Shown here: one piece after another, positions 26,519 through 35,109 of the stretch
Position numbering within the stretch: position 1 is the stretch's first letter
Layout of the letters: the number at the start of each line of letters is the position of its first letter
IMG/VR virus record: IMGVR_UViG_3300015171_000007
Span: 1-53,592 of that record
DNA length: 53,592 nucleotides
Strand: one strand, 5' to 3'
Source: a virus
Taxonomy: Duplodnaviria > Caudoviricetes
The notes under the pieces: generated by a model
What the model saw: the letters and a program-made list of their open reading frames with translations, nothing else
Told to the model about the DNA's origin: nothing
Databases searched by the model: none
Program-made: the position numbers and the translations under genes

Positions 26519-29500
26519 ATGGCCGGGAGTCGCGAGCAGGGTTGGCAGAAGCAGTCCACCCGCACGGTCGACGGGCACAAACTCCGCGTCCTCACCGCCG
26601 CCGCAACCCGCGTCAACATGTCGAACCGCGCCGAGATTCTCCGGCAGCGAGGCGTCCGCCAGATATGGCAGACCGACGGGTTCTCCTACCGCAACTCCAT
26701 CGGTGAGATTCGCTACGCGCTGAACTTCCTCGCGAACTGCGCCGCTCGTATGCGCATCTTCATCGCCGTCCTCCCCGACACAGGCGAGAGCGACACGCCC
26801 GTCGACATCGACGAGTTCGCCGCGTCGAACCCGGGCCTCGTCCCGACGGAGATTCTCGAGGCGTGTCACAACGCCATGAGAGACTTCGGCAACGGTCGCC
26901 TCGCGCTCGCCGGTCACATGCGCGCGACCTCGACGAACCTCTCTATCGCGGGCGAAGGCTTCGTCCTCGGTCAAGAGGACCCGCTCACGGGCGCGGCGAC
27001 GTGGTCGATTCGGTCTATCTCCGAGGTCGTCGTCTATAACGACAAACTCTGCCTACGCGAGGGGCCGGTCGACTCGACGGGGATGCTCGGGCTCGTCGAA
27101 CTCGACGAGGAGTTCACGAGCGTCTCGCGGTTCTGGAACCCGGACCCACAGTTCCGTATTCTCGCGGACTCGCCGATGCGCGCGATTCTGAACGAGTGCG
27201 AGGCGCTGCTCATTCTCCGCCGGATGATTCGTGCGACGGGCCGCTCGAGGCTCGCCGGTCGAGGGCTGCTGCTCTGGCCGGAAGAACTCTCGCTCGGCCC
27301 GCAGACCGACGACAACGATGACCCGCTCGCCGACCCGACGATGGAGCGGCTCGCGATGTTGATGATGACGCCTATCTCGAATGAGGGCGACGCCTCGAGC
27401 GTCGTGCCGGGAATCGTACGCGGCCCGGGCGACATCCTCGACAAGATTCGCCACCTCAAGTTCGACGACTCGTTCGACCAGCACGCGGGCGCCACCCGCG
27501 ACGAACTCGTCGGCGTCATCGCGACCGGCCTTGACGTGCCGAAGGCCGTCGTTCTCGGCATGGCTGATATGAACCACTGGACCGCATGGCAGGTCTCCGA
27601 CGACACGTTCCGCGAGCACGTCGAGCCGCACGTCATCACCATCGTCGACTGCCACACCGGGGCGTTCCTCCGGCCGTACCTCGAGACGTCGAACCTTCCG
27701 CCCGCGCTCGCCGCGTCGTGGATTCCGAGGCTCATGTTCTGGTACGACCCGACCGAACTCGTCACTCACCCCGACCGCACCGCGAACGCGAAGATGCTCC
27801 ACGACTCCATCGCTATCTCCGACGCGGCCTACCGCGACGCGCTCGGGTTCACCGACGACGACGCGCCGTCGGCCGAGGAGATTGAACTGCGTATGGTTCG
27901 CAATACGCGCAACTGGCCGGTCAACGCTCTCGTCTCGCTGCTGCACACGCTCGACCCCGCGCTCAACTTCCCGGCCATCACGCAGACGGGCATGATTCCC
28001 GGGCTCGCGGCCGGGCCGGGTGGCGGCGTGCTCGTACCCGCCGTGCTGACGCCAGACGGCTCTCAGGCGTCCCTCACGGGCACACCGGCCGACCCGACGG
28101 GCAACGGCGCACCCGTCGCCGTCAACGGCCCGCCAGACGCCGCAGCGGCCGCTCTCGTCGCCTCGGCCGCGCTCGCCTCGCCCGACGGTCGAGCGGCGGG
28201 AATCCGCGCCGTCCGGTACAACCTGCTCACGCTGCACAACATCGACCCGTACAAGGTGGCCGAGACCGCCGCGCGCACCGACGAGTTCGTCACGACGAGG
28301 GAGATGTTCGCCGAGGGCTTCGCGAAGATGGAGGCCGCGCTCGGCGCGAAGATGGAAGCGTTCATGGCGACGGAGAAGCGCGAGCCCGAGGCGCTCGTCG
28401 CGTCCGCCGGTCCGATAGAGGTTCGCCCGTCAGCCGAGTCCATCGCTCTCTCGCGTCGTCTCGCCGTCATCGACTCGCAACTGCGCGACCGGCTCGTCGT
28501 CGCCGCGAACTCCGCGATGCTCCGTTACCTCGAGAAGGTCGGAAACCAAGCCCGTCAGAAGGCCGCGCCTAACGCCGAACTCCGCGCGAAGGTCGCCCAA
28601 TCTCGGGCCGAGCACGTGCTGACGTTGCTCGGTCGCGACGTCGTCGCCTCGATGAACCTCACCGCCGCCGCGCTTACCGGCAAGGAGTGGGACACGTTCA
28701 AGTCGCAGTTCTACTCGTGGACCGCGCAAGCGCAGGAGCAGGCGATGAAAACCTCCGCCAAACTCTCGGGCAAGTCGCTCACCGAACTCGTCGCCACGGT
28801 CAACACGCAGATGTTCGCCACGGCGCAAGACGCCTCGTGGGGGATGCTCGAGGCCGCGATGAACTCGCTCGCCCACTCGCTGCCCTACGCCGCCGACCCG
28901 AACCTCACCGAGGCCGACATCATCGCCGGTCTCAACCCCGACACCCTCGTACCGACCGGCACGATTCGCGCGGCGCTCGGCGCGGCCGGTGGAGCGCCGT
29001 CGACGCTGTTCGGCATGGTCCCGAATAAGGCGGGCGAGATGGTTCCCGGGGTTCCGCTCGGGGTTCCGCTCGGGGTTCCCGTCGGCGGCATCGCGACCGG
29101 CGCGACTATCAACGGCATCCTCACCGCGAACGGCGCGACGGCCTACTCCTACGAGTGGGTTCACGGTCCGAGCGCGCGGCCGTTCGACCCGCACGAGATA
29201 CTCGATGGCACGGTGTTCTCCGATTGGACCGACCCCGCTCTCGCCAACGCAGGCGACTTCCCCAACAACTCGTTCTTTATGCCGGGAGACCACAACGGTT
29301 GCCTCTGCGACGCCGTCGCTCAATGGGTCACGCAGCAGGACGTCAATCAGGCGATGGCCGACGCCTACGGCGGGACACCCGACCAGTACGACGCACCGCC
29401 GGACCGGAGCGGCTCGTGGGTTAAGGACCCGACCGGCTCGTGGGTCCAGCCTCCGCCGCCGACGCCGGTCATCACTCCGAAGGTCGAGAAGGTCACGATA

Positions 29501-30148
29501 CCTCCGACGAAGCCCGACTACGTCGCGACTCACGCGAAGGTCGTCGAGGGCAAGTCCCACGCCGTCGACGAGTACGGGAACTACCTAACGCCGGCCGACC
29601 TCTGGAAGAACCAGAAGGGCATCTATACGCAAGCCGTCGCGTCGCGCCCGGCGACGAAACTCTCCGACGCGCAATTCGCCGCGCTCCGCGCGTACACGAT
29701 TGACTCGACGACGATGAACGCGTCGCTCTGGAAAGAGAACGGCCGCGCTCTCTACGGGCAGGAAATCAACACGAAGGTCTCGAACCTCAAGCGCGCCATC
29801 TCCGCTCAGCCCGTCTCGTCCGAGCCCGTCATCATCAAGCGCGTCTCTAAGATGCCCGCCGGTCTCCAAGAGGGTCAGTCGTTCGAGACCAAGACGTTCT
29901 GGTCGACATCGCTACCCGGCGGTCATTTCAAGACGCCCTATATCGAGGAGTGGACGATGTTCGCGGATATCCCGGCGGGTACGAAGTTCATGGACGTCAA
30001 CGCCGTCTTTACGAAGCGCGGTGCGCGCGGCAATCTCGCGCACGAGGCCGAGGCGCTGTTCCCACCGGGCTCGAACTTCCGCATCGACGCCATCAACGTC
30101 AAGACGCGTACGATGAAGTTGACGTACATTCCGAAGGGGAGCAAGTGA
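26519..30148 (+). CDS. portal protein fused to MuF-like and ADP-ribosyltransferase domains
   Basis: Portal-like N-terminus (ADSPMRA, GLDVP..VVLG, NHWTAW); MuF-like EWVHG...H..LDG...PGDHNGCLC; ART motifs YT, IIKR, FWSTS, EAEALF. Confidence 0.8.
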   Translation: MAGSREQGWQKQSTRTVDGHKLRVLTAAATRVNMSNRAEILRQRGVRQIWQTDGFSYRNSIGEIRYALNFLANCAARMRIFIAVLPDTGESDTPVDIDEFAASNPGLVPTEILEACHNAMRDFGNGRLALAGHMRATSTNLSIAGEGFVLGQEDPLTGAATWSIRSISEVVVYNDKLCLREGPVDSTGMLGLVELDEEFTSVSRFWNPDPQFRILADSPMRAILNECEALLILRRMIRATGRSRLAGRGLLLWPEELSLGPQTDDNDDPLADPTMERLAMLMMTPISNEGDASSVVPGIVRGPGDILDKIRHLKFDDSFDQHAGATRDELVGVIATGLDVPKAVVLGMADMNHWTAWQVSDDTFREHVEPHVITIVDCHTGAFLRPYLETSNLPPALAASWIPRLMFWYDPTELVTHPDRTANAKMLHDSIAISDAAYRDALGFTDDDAPSAEEIELRMVRNTRNWPVNALVSLLHTLDPALNFPAITQTGMIPGLAAGPGGGVLVPAVLTPDGSQASLTGTPADPTGNGAPVAVNGPPDAAAAALVASAALASPDGRAAGIRAVRYNLLTLHNIDPYKVAETAARTDEFVTTREMFAEGFAKMEAALGAKMEAFMATEKREPEALVASAGPIEVRPSAESIALSRRLAVIDSQLRDRLVVAANSAMLRYLEKVGNQARQKAAPNAELRAKVAQSRAEHVLTLLGRDVVASMNLTAAALTGKEWDTFKSQFYSWTAQAQEQAMKTSAKLSGKSLTELVATVNTQMFATAQDASWGMLEAAMNSLAHSLPYAADPNLTEADIIAGLNPDTLVPTGTIRAALGAAGGAPSTLFGMVPNKAGEMVPGVPLGVPLGVPVGGIATGATINGILTANGATAYSYEWVHGPSARPFDPHEILDGTVFSDWTDPALANAGDFPNNSFFMPGDHNGCLCDAVAQWVTQQDVNQAMADAYGGTPDQYDAPPDRSGSWVKDPTGSWVQPPPPTPVITPKVEKVTIPPTKPDYVATHAKVVEGKSHAVDEYGNYLTPADLWKNQKGIYTQAVASRPATKLSDAQFAALRAYTIDSTTMNASLWKENGRALYGQEINTKVSNLKRAISAQPVSSEPVIIKRVSKMPAGLQEGQSFETKTFWSTSLPGGHFKTPYIEEWTMFADIPAGTKFMDVNAVFTKRGARGNLAHEAEALFPPGSNFRIDAINVKTRTMKLTYIPKGSK

Positions 30149-30285
30149 CGACTACGAACAACGACCCGATGAAGCACGAGGACGAAGGCGACATCGTCGG
30201 CGACGAGTCGAGGTGGCACGGCGAAGCACACGACATCGCCGTCACCTCCGAGCCGGACCCCGACTACAAAGGCCCGACGACGTAG
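30145..30285 (+). CDS. 46-aa acidic protein, candidate immunity protein for the ART domain
   Basis: GTGA-coupled to the ART stop; Asp/Glu-rich. Confidence 0.45.
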   Translation: MTTTNNDPMKHEDEGDIVGDESRWHGEAHDIAVTSEPDPDYKGPTT

Positions 30286-30300
30286 GGACTCTCGCGCGTT

Positions 30301-30316
30301 GTCTACTCGGGTAGAC
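30301..30316. promoter_or_regulatory. operator-like palindrome variant
   Basis: GTCTAC-TCGG-GTAGAC: same spacer as the early operators, with symmetric substitutions. Confidence 0.55.
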
Positions 30317-30358
30317 GTCCTCGGCTAGACTCAACGAGTCGACTTGGAAGGGGAATCC

Positions 30359-30505
30359 ATGAAGCACCGCGTCATCCGCAACATCACCGTACGACCGCCG
30401 GACGCGAGCCGCGCGCCGCGCTCGCACGTCAAGGTCGTCGAGTTCAGTCTCCGAGCGTCGGCTCCTCGGGGTTCCTACTTCGCGAAGCGGCCCGGTGAGG
30501 GGTAG
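30359..30505 (+). CDS. small basic hypothetical protein
   Basis: RBS GGAAGGGG; 48-aa ORF overlapping the next start. Confidence 0.4.
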   Translation: MKHRVIRNITVRPPDASRAPRSHVKVVEFSLRASAPRGSYFAKRPGEG

Positions 30506-30923
30506 AGCGCGCGGCCGCATCTCGGTCGCCGTCGCCATTGTCGCAGCATCCCTCTCACTCTCGGTCGGTCACGCCTCGGCGTCGACGCATCGCGCTCGAC
30601 CGTGGTACGCGCCGCTGCTCGCTCTGCCGCATCGCGACCTCCTCATCGCCGAGTGCGTCATGCGGCGCGAGTCTCACTCGACGTTCACCTTCGCCAACAT
30701 CGCCGACGACAACGGCAACGGTATCCACGAGAACCACGACCAAGGTCAACAGTCGGGAATCTTTCAGATGAGCAACGGTCCTCGAGGCGTGTGGGACCTC
30801 TATGCGCGCCCGGTGCTGCACGTCGTCATCTGGAAGGCGACCGCGTACCAACAGGCCGAGGGATTCATGCTCGTATGGCACGCTGACGGGTGGGGGCCGT
30901 GGCACGCCTTCGACGGGTGCTGA
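30495..30923 (+). CDS. secreted Rpf/transglycosylase-like protein
   Basis: Signal peptide ending AxA; CVMRRES (catalytic Glu), SGIFQM, W, QQ and GWGPW motifs. Confidence 0.7.
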   Translation: MRGRARGRISVAVAIVAASLSLSVGHASASTHRARPWYAPLLALPHRDLLIAECVMRRESHSTFTFANIADDNGNGIHENHDQGQQSGIFQMSNGPRGVWDLYARPVLHVVIWKATAYQQAEGFMLVWHADGWGPWHAFDGC

Positions 30924-30983
30924 CGTAAACTAGGGGCGCGTGACAAGCGGCGTCTCGAGCGACTCCCATCGCAAGGGCCGAAC

Positions 30984-31020
30984 GAATACCCCGGTCGCCG
31001 AGAGGCGCCGGGGTATTCTT
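30984..31020 (+). terminator. hairpin with GAGA tetraloop after the Rpf-like gene
   Basis: GAATACCCCGG(T)CGCC-GAGA-GGCG-CCGGGGTATTC-TT. Confidence 0.5.
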
Positions 31021-31025
31021 CGCTG

Positions 31026-33263
31026 GTGAAGAAGTCAACCTCGACCATTGACCCGTTGACCCGAGCCGCCGACGAATCGCGCTCCGCTCTCATCGCCGCG
31101 TTCAAGAACTCCGACCACGTTCATCTCTACGCCGCGCCCGAAACCGACGACATCACGCACGACACCGTCAACGAAGGCGACGACGCCTCGAGCGACGACC
31201 CGGTCACGACCGCCGTCACCGCGCTCGCCGCGCAACTCGACGAGGTCAAGAAGGCGCAGGCCGTCGACCCCGACGCCGCCGAGGACCCGAACGACGCCGC
31301 CGTCGCGAAACTCCTCGACCAACTCACGCCGCTCATGGCGCAACTCGTCGAGGCTCAAGCGAAGGACGACGCGGCCGACAAGCCCGCGCCCGCGAAGCCA
31401 GATGCGAAGCCGACCGCGAAGCCGACTGGTCAGGACACCGCAGGCGACGCGCCGAGCGGCAAGATGGCCGCAGGCCCCGACTCGAGTCAGGCCGACTCCG
31501 GCGACATCACCGACCCGGACGCGAAGTGCGCCGTGCAGGGATGCGCGCACCCGGCCTCGGCTCACGCCGACACCGAGCAGGGCGCGATGACGGGCGCGTG
31601 CTCGGAGTGCGCGCTCTGTAACGCTTTCGTCGACGGCTCGTCCGTCGGTACACCGTCAGACCCCGAGGGCGACGACGCCGACGGCTCGGGCGACGGCACG
31701 AACGGCGGAGGCGCTCACTCTTTGCATGGGGATGAGTTCGCCGACGGCGTGGGACCAGTAGCGGCGCCGGGTGACGACCCCGCCGCACCGTCTCCGGCCG
31801 ACGCACCCGAGAAGTCGGTGAACGTCCCTCCGTTCGTGCCGGGCTCGTCGATGATGGGTCCGCAGTTCACGATTCCCGTCGCGATAGTTGAGGGCGCGCC
31901 GACCGACGACGGCCGCGAGGTCGCGCTCGACGCGCTCGAGTGGGGTCCGCCGCCGTACGCGCTCATGGGCCTCTCGACGTCGACGCACGACCCGATGGGG
32001 ATGGACCAGAACGACCCCGCCGTCCTTATCGGTCGCATCGACTCATTCGAACGGGTCTCGGGCGAGAACGGCACGCAGGTCATCGTCGGCAAGGGCTACT
32101 TCCTCGAGAACGACGACGCCGCGTACTTCGCGGACCTCTTGAACCAGATGGGCCGACTGCCGGTCTCGGCCGACGTGTCGGTCCTCGAGCAGGAGGTCGA
32201 GGTCGGCGAGACCGATGAGTTCGGCTGGCCGATGGAGATGAGCCAGACCCTTACGAAGGGCGTCATGCAGGCCGTGACCGTGCTACCTCACTCGCCCGCG
32301 TTCTCGTCCGCGTACATCGTGCTCGGTGACGGCACCGGCAACCCCGAGCCCGTCGAGCAAGCCGCCGAGCCGGTCGTCGCGAGCGCGCAGCGCATCCACT
32401 GGATGTCATCGCTCGACGAGGGCTCGTGCCTGCCGTGCATGAGCGGCACCGACGCGCTCGTCGCGAGCGGCGGACCGGCGCGGCCTCCGGCGACGTGGTT
32501 CGAGGACCCGCACTTCGCCGAGGGCGACGGCCGTCTCATGGACATCATCGGCCTCGGCGAGTACGGCCAGATGGTGCAGGGGCGCGCGTGCCCGCTGACC
32601 ATCACCGACGACGGCCGTATCTACGGCCACATCGCGCCGTGGGGCATGTGTCACATCGGGTTCCAAGGCGAGTGCATCCTGCCGCCTCGCTCCGAGAGCG
32701 ACTACGCCCACTTCAAGCGCGGCCACATCCTCTCGGCCGAGGGCGAGCGTATCCGCGTCGGCATCCTGACGGCAGGCGTCGGTCACGCCGGGCTCCGCGA
32801 CTCCGTCGGTCAGGTCATCGACCACTACGACAACACCGCGCTCCAAGCGGCCTACGTCAACTCCGGCGAGGACGAGTACGGGATATGGGTCGCGGGCACC
32901 GTTGCACCCGACGCGACCGAGGAGCAGATTCAGAAGTTGCGCGTCTCGGGCGTTTCGGGAGACTGGCGCAACGACGAACTCCGCGCCGCGCTCTCGGTTA
33001 ACGTGCCCGGGTTCCCGATGGCGCTGACGGCGGCGGGCGGTCGACGGGTCGCGATACTTGGCGCGGGGTCGACGGTGATGTACCGCATGACGCACAAGGC
33101 CGCGCCTCTCGCGGCGACGCCGCCTATCGAGCCGGCGGGCGACTTGATGCTCCGCGCGGCGCTCGCACCATTCCTCACGGCGTCGAAAGACCTCGCCCGC
33201 AGGGAGCACTACGAAATAATGAAACTCGAAGCGCGTCGGCGCTACGAAGAAATGAAAGGTTAG
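31026..33263 (+). CDS. capsid maturation protease/scaffold-like protein
   Basis: EG.PTDDGR, IGRID, VSAD (herpes-fold protease-like); GRIYGHIAPWG.CH.G...C..PPRS domain; position between portal and capsid. Confidence 0.75.
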   Translation: MKKSTSTIDPLTRAADESRSALIAAFKNSDHVHLYAAPETDDITHDTVNEGDDASSDDPVTTAVTALAAQLDEVKKAQAVDPDAAEDPNDAAVAKLLDQLTPLMAQLVEAQAKDDAADKPAPAKPDAKPTAKPTGQDTAGDAPSGKMAAGPDSSQADSGDITDPDAKCAVQGCAHPASAHADTEQGAMTGACSECALCNAFVDGSSVGTPSDPEGDDADGSGDGTNGGGAHSLHGDEFADGVGPVAAPGDDPAAPSPADAPEKSVNVPPFVPGSSMMGPQFTIPVAIVEGAPTDDGREVALDALEWGPPPYALMGLSTSTHDPMGMDQNDPAVLIGRIDSFERVSGENGTQVIVGKGYFLENDDAAYFADLLNQMGRLPVSADVSVLEQEVEVGETDEFGWPMEMSQTLTKGVMQAVTVLPHSPAFSSAYIVLGDGTGNPEPVEQAAEPVVASAQRIHWMSSLDEGSCLPCMSGTDALVASGGPARPPATWFEDPHFAEGDGRLMDIIGLGEYGQMVQGRACPLTITDDGRIYGHIAPWGMCHIGFQGECILPPRSESDYAHFKRGHILSAEGERIRVGILTAGVGHAGLRDSVGQVIDHYDNTALQAAYVNSGEDEYGIWVAGTVAPDATEEQIQKLRVSGVSGDWRNDELRAALSVNVPGFPMALTAAGGRRVAILGAGSTVMYRMTHKAAPLAATPPIEPAGDLMLRAALAPFLTASKDLARREHYEIMKLEARRRYEEMKG

Positions 33264-33267
33264 GAAC

Positions 33268-34419
33268 ATGATTCTCGAACTCGGCAACACGAAGGCGGCG
33301 TACTACCACGACGGAACGAAGGAGATGGTCGCGCACGACCTCGACGGCGCCCCGACCGTGACCCGCATGGTTATCGGCCACCGCCTCGCCGAGACGTTCG
33401 ACTACGACGTCGACGTCGTCGCGCACCAGAAGGAACTATTCAAGGGCATCGTCCGCAACAAGGGCGTCACGAACCACGTCGCCGGAGGCGCGACGAAGGT
33501 GCGCTCGCTGCAAGTCTCGACCGACGACGGCCCGACCGAGCACCACGGCGGCGCAGGCGCGCTCGAGTACGTCGTCCACCCCGACGGCGGCTTCTCGAAG
33601 AACTCGCTCGACGGCGCGCCGACGTGGGTCTACTCGCCCGACGACGAGGCGTTCGGTCGCATCGTCGCCGCGTGGTACGAGGTGCCCTACGGTCGGCCCG
33701 AGGACCTCTACGACACTCACTGGACGCACGACGCGGGCGCGCCCGGCGCGCACCTCAAGGGACCGCAGGCGCTCTTGGTCAATACCGGCCGCGACCTGTG
33801 GGCGAAGGGTCAGGGGATGTTCTCCAACGTCGTCGCGCAGCAGACCGCGACCGCCGCAGGCGCGACGAGTATTACCGCGACCGGTACACCGCTCACCGCG
33901 TCGGCCTACATCGGTTACATCATCGTCGACAACACGACCGGAGTATGGGCGATGATTCAATCGAACACGACCTCGGTGCTGACCGTCGACCGTTGGTACA
34001 ACCCGGCGACCCCGGCGGGCGCCGCCGCGTCGAACCCCGGCGCGACCGACAAGTTCACCATCGTTCAGGCCGTCCCGTGCGCGCAGTTCATCGCCATCTC
34101 GACGACGAACTCCGCGAGCGTCTCGACCGATACGACGATGGCGGGCGAAATCGTCACGGCTGGCGGTGGATGCCTGCGTACGCAGGCGACCTACACGCAC
34201 TCGGCGGGCACGAACGTCTACACGATGGGAAACACGTGGACGGCCAACGGCTCGGACACCGGCTCGCTGCCGTACGTCGTGGCTCGCATGGGCCTGTTCT
34301 CGTCGATGGTCGTCGCGGGGACGATTGCGATGTGGTTCGAGACGTTGTTCAACGCGACCGCGACGCTGACCGTGAGTGGTGACGCGATAACTGGTACTGA
34401 CACCATCACCGGCTCGTAG
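33268..34419 (+). CDS. putative virion structural protein
   Basis: Thr/Gly-rich C-terminal half; head module location. Confidence 0.6.
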   Translation: MILELGNTKAAYYHDGTKEMVAHDLDGAPTVTRMVIGHRLAETFDYDVDVVAHQKELFKGIVRNKGVTNHVAGGATKVRSLQVSTDDGPTEHHGGAGALEYVVHPDGGFSKNSLDGAPTWVYSPDDEAFGRIVAAWYEVPYGRPEDLYDTHWTHDAGAPGAHLKGPQALLVNTGRDLWAKGQGMFSNVVAQQTATAAGATSITATGTPLTASAYIGYIIVDNTTGVWAMIQSNTTSVLTVDRWYNPATPAGAAASNPGATDKFTIVQAVPCAQFIAISTTNSASVSTDTTMAGEIVTAGGGCLRTQATYTHSAGTNVYTMGNTWTANGSDTGSLPYVVARMGLFSSMVVAGTIAMWFETLFNATATLTVSGDAITGTDTITGS

Positions 34420-34422
34420 CCG

Positions 34423-35094
34423 ATGAACTCGCGCGGAGCGGTCGACCTCGCGCCCATCAAGGCGAAGGCGGAGAAGCGGCTCGAGTTGGGCCGCTTCTTC
34501 GACCCTGACCTCGAGGCGATGGCGTCGGTTGCGGCCGACCTCAACGCCGAGATGTACTCCGGCGGGTGGGTCCAGTTGCTTAACTGGTCGGCGCCCGAAC
34601 AGGGGTCGGCGGTCGTGGCGAAGAACACCTACACGACCATCGCGGACATCGTGAACGTGCAGCGTGCGTTCATCCCCGCCGGGTCGCTCAATGTCGGGAC
34701 GCTGCTTCGCACGAAGGTCTGGGGCACGCTCGGCTCGGCGGCGGGCACGGCCACCGCCACGCTCGCGGCGTACCTCAACGGGGCTGCATCGGGTGTCGCG
34801 CTCGCCACGGCGGCGGCGGCGACTCCTGCCACCTCAACGGTTAACGTGTGGATGGCTGAGTTCCTATCCACGGTGCTGACAATCGGTTCTGCGGGAACGA
34901 TTCAGACGGTCGGACATGCGATTGGTCTTGGTGCCACCGCGACGACGAACATCATCATCCCCGCAACCCTGCCCGCTGCTTCGGCCATCAACACCACGCA
35001 GGCCAACAGCATCACCGTGGCGGTCGGCTGGTCCTTGTCAGCGGCGGGTAACACGTTCTCCGTGTACGGATTCTCCGTGGAGCAACTGAACTAA
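34423..35094 (+). CDS. putative virion structural protein
   Basis: Ala/Thr-rich beta-sandwich-like sequence. Confidence 0.6.
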   Translation: MNSRGAVDLAPIKAKAEKRLELGRFFDPDLEAMASVAADLNAEMYSGGWVQLLNWSAPEQGSAVVAKNTYTTIADIVNVQRAFIPAGSLNVGTLLRTKVWGTLGSAAGTATATLAAYLNGAASGVALATAAAATPATSTVNVWMAEFLSTVLTIGSAGTIQTVGHAIGLGATATTNIIIPATLPAASAINTTQANSITVAVGWSLSAAGNTFSVYGFSVEQLN

Positions 35095-35109
35095 GGGGGG
35101 CTACCCGCC

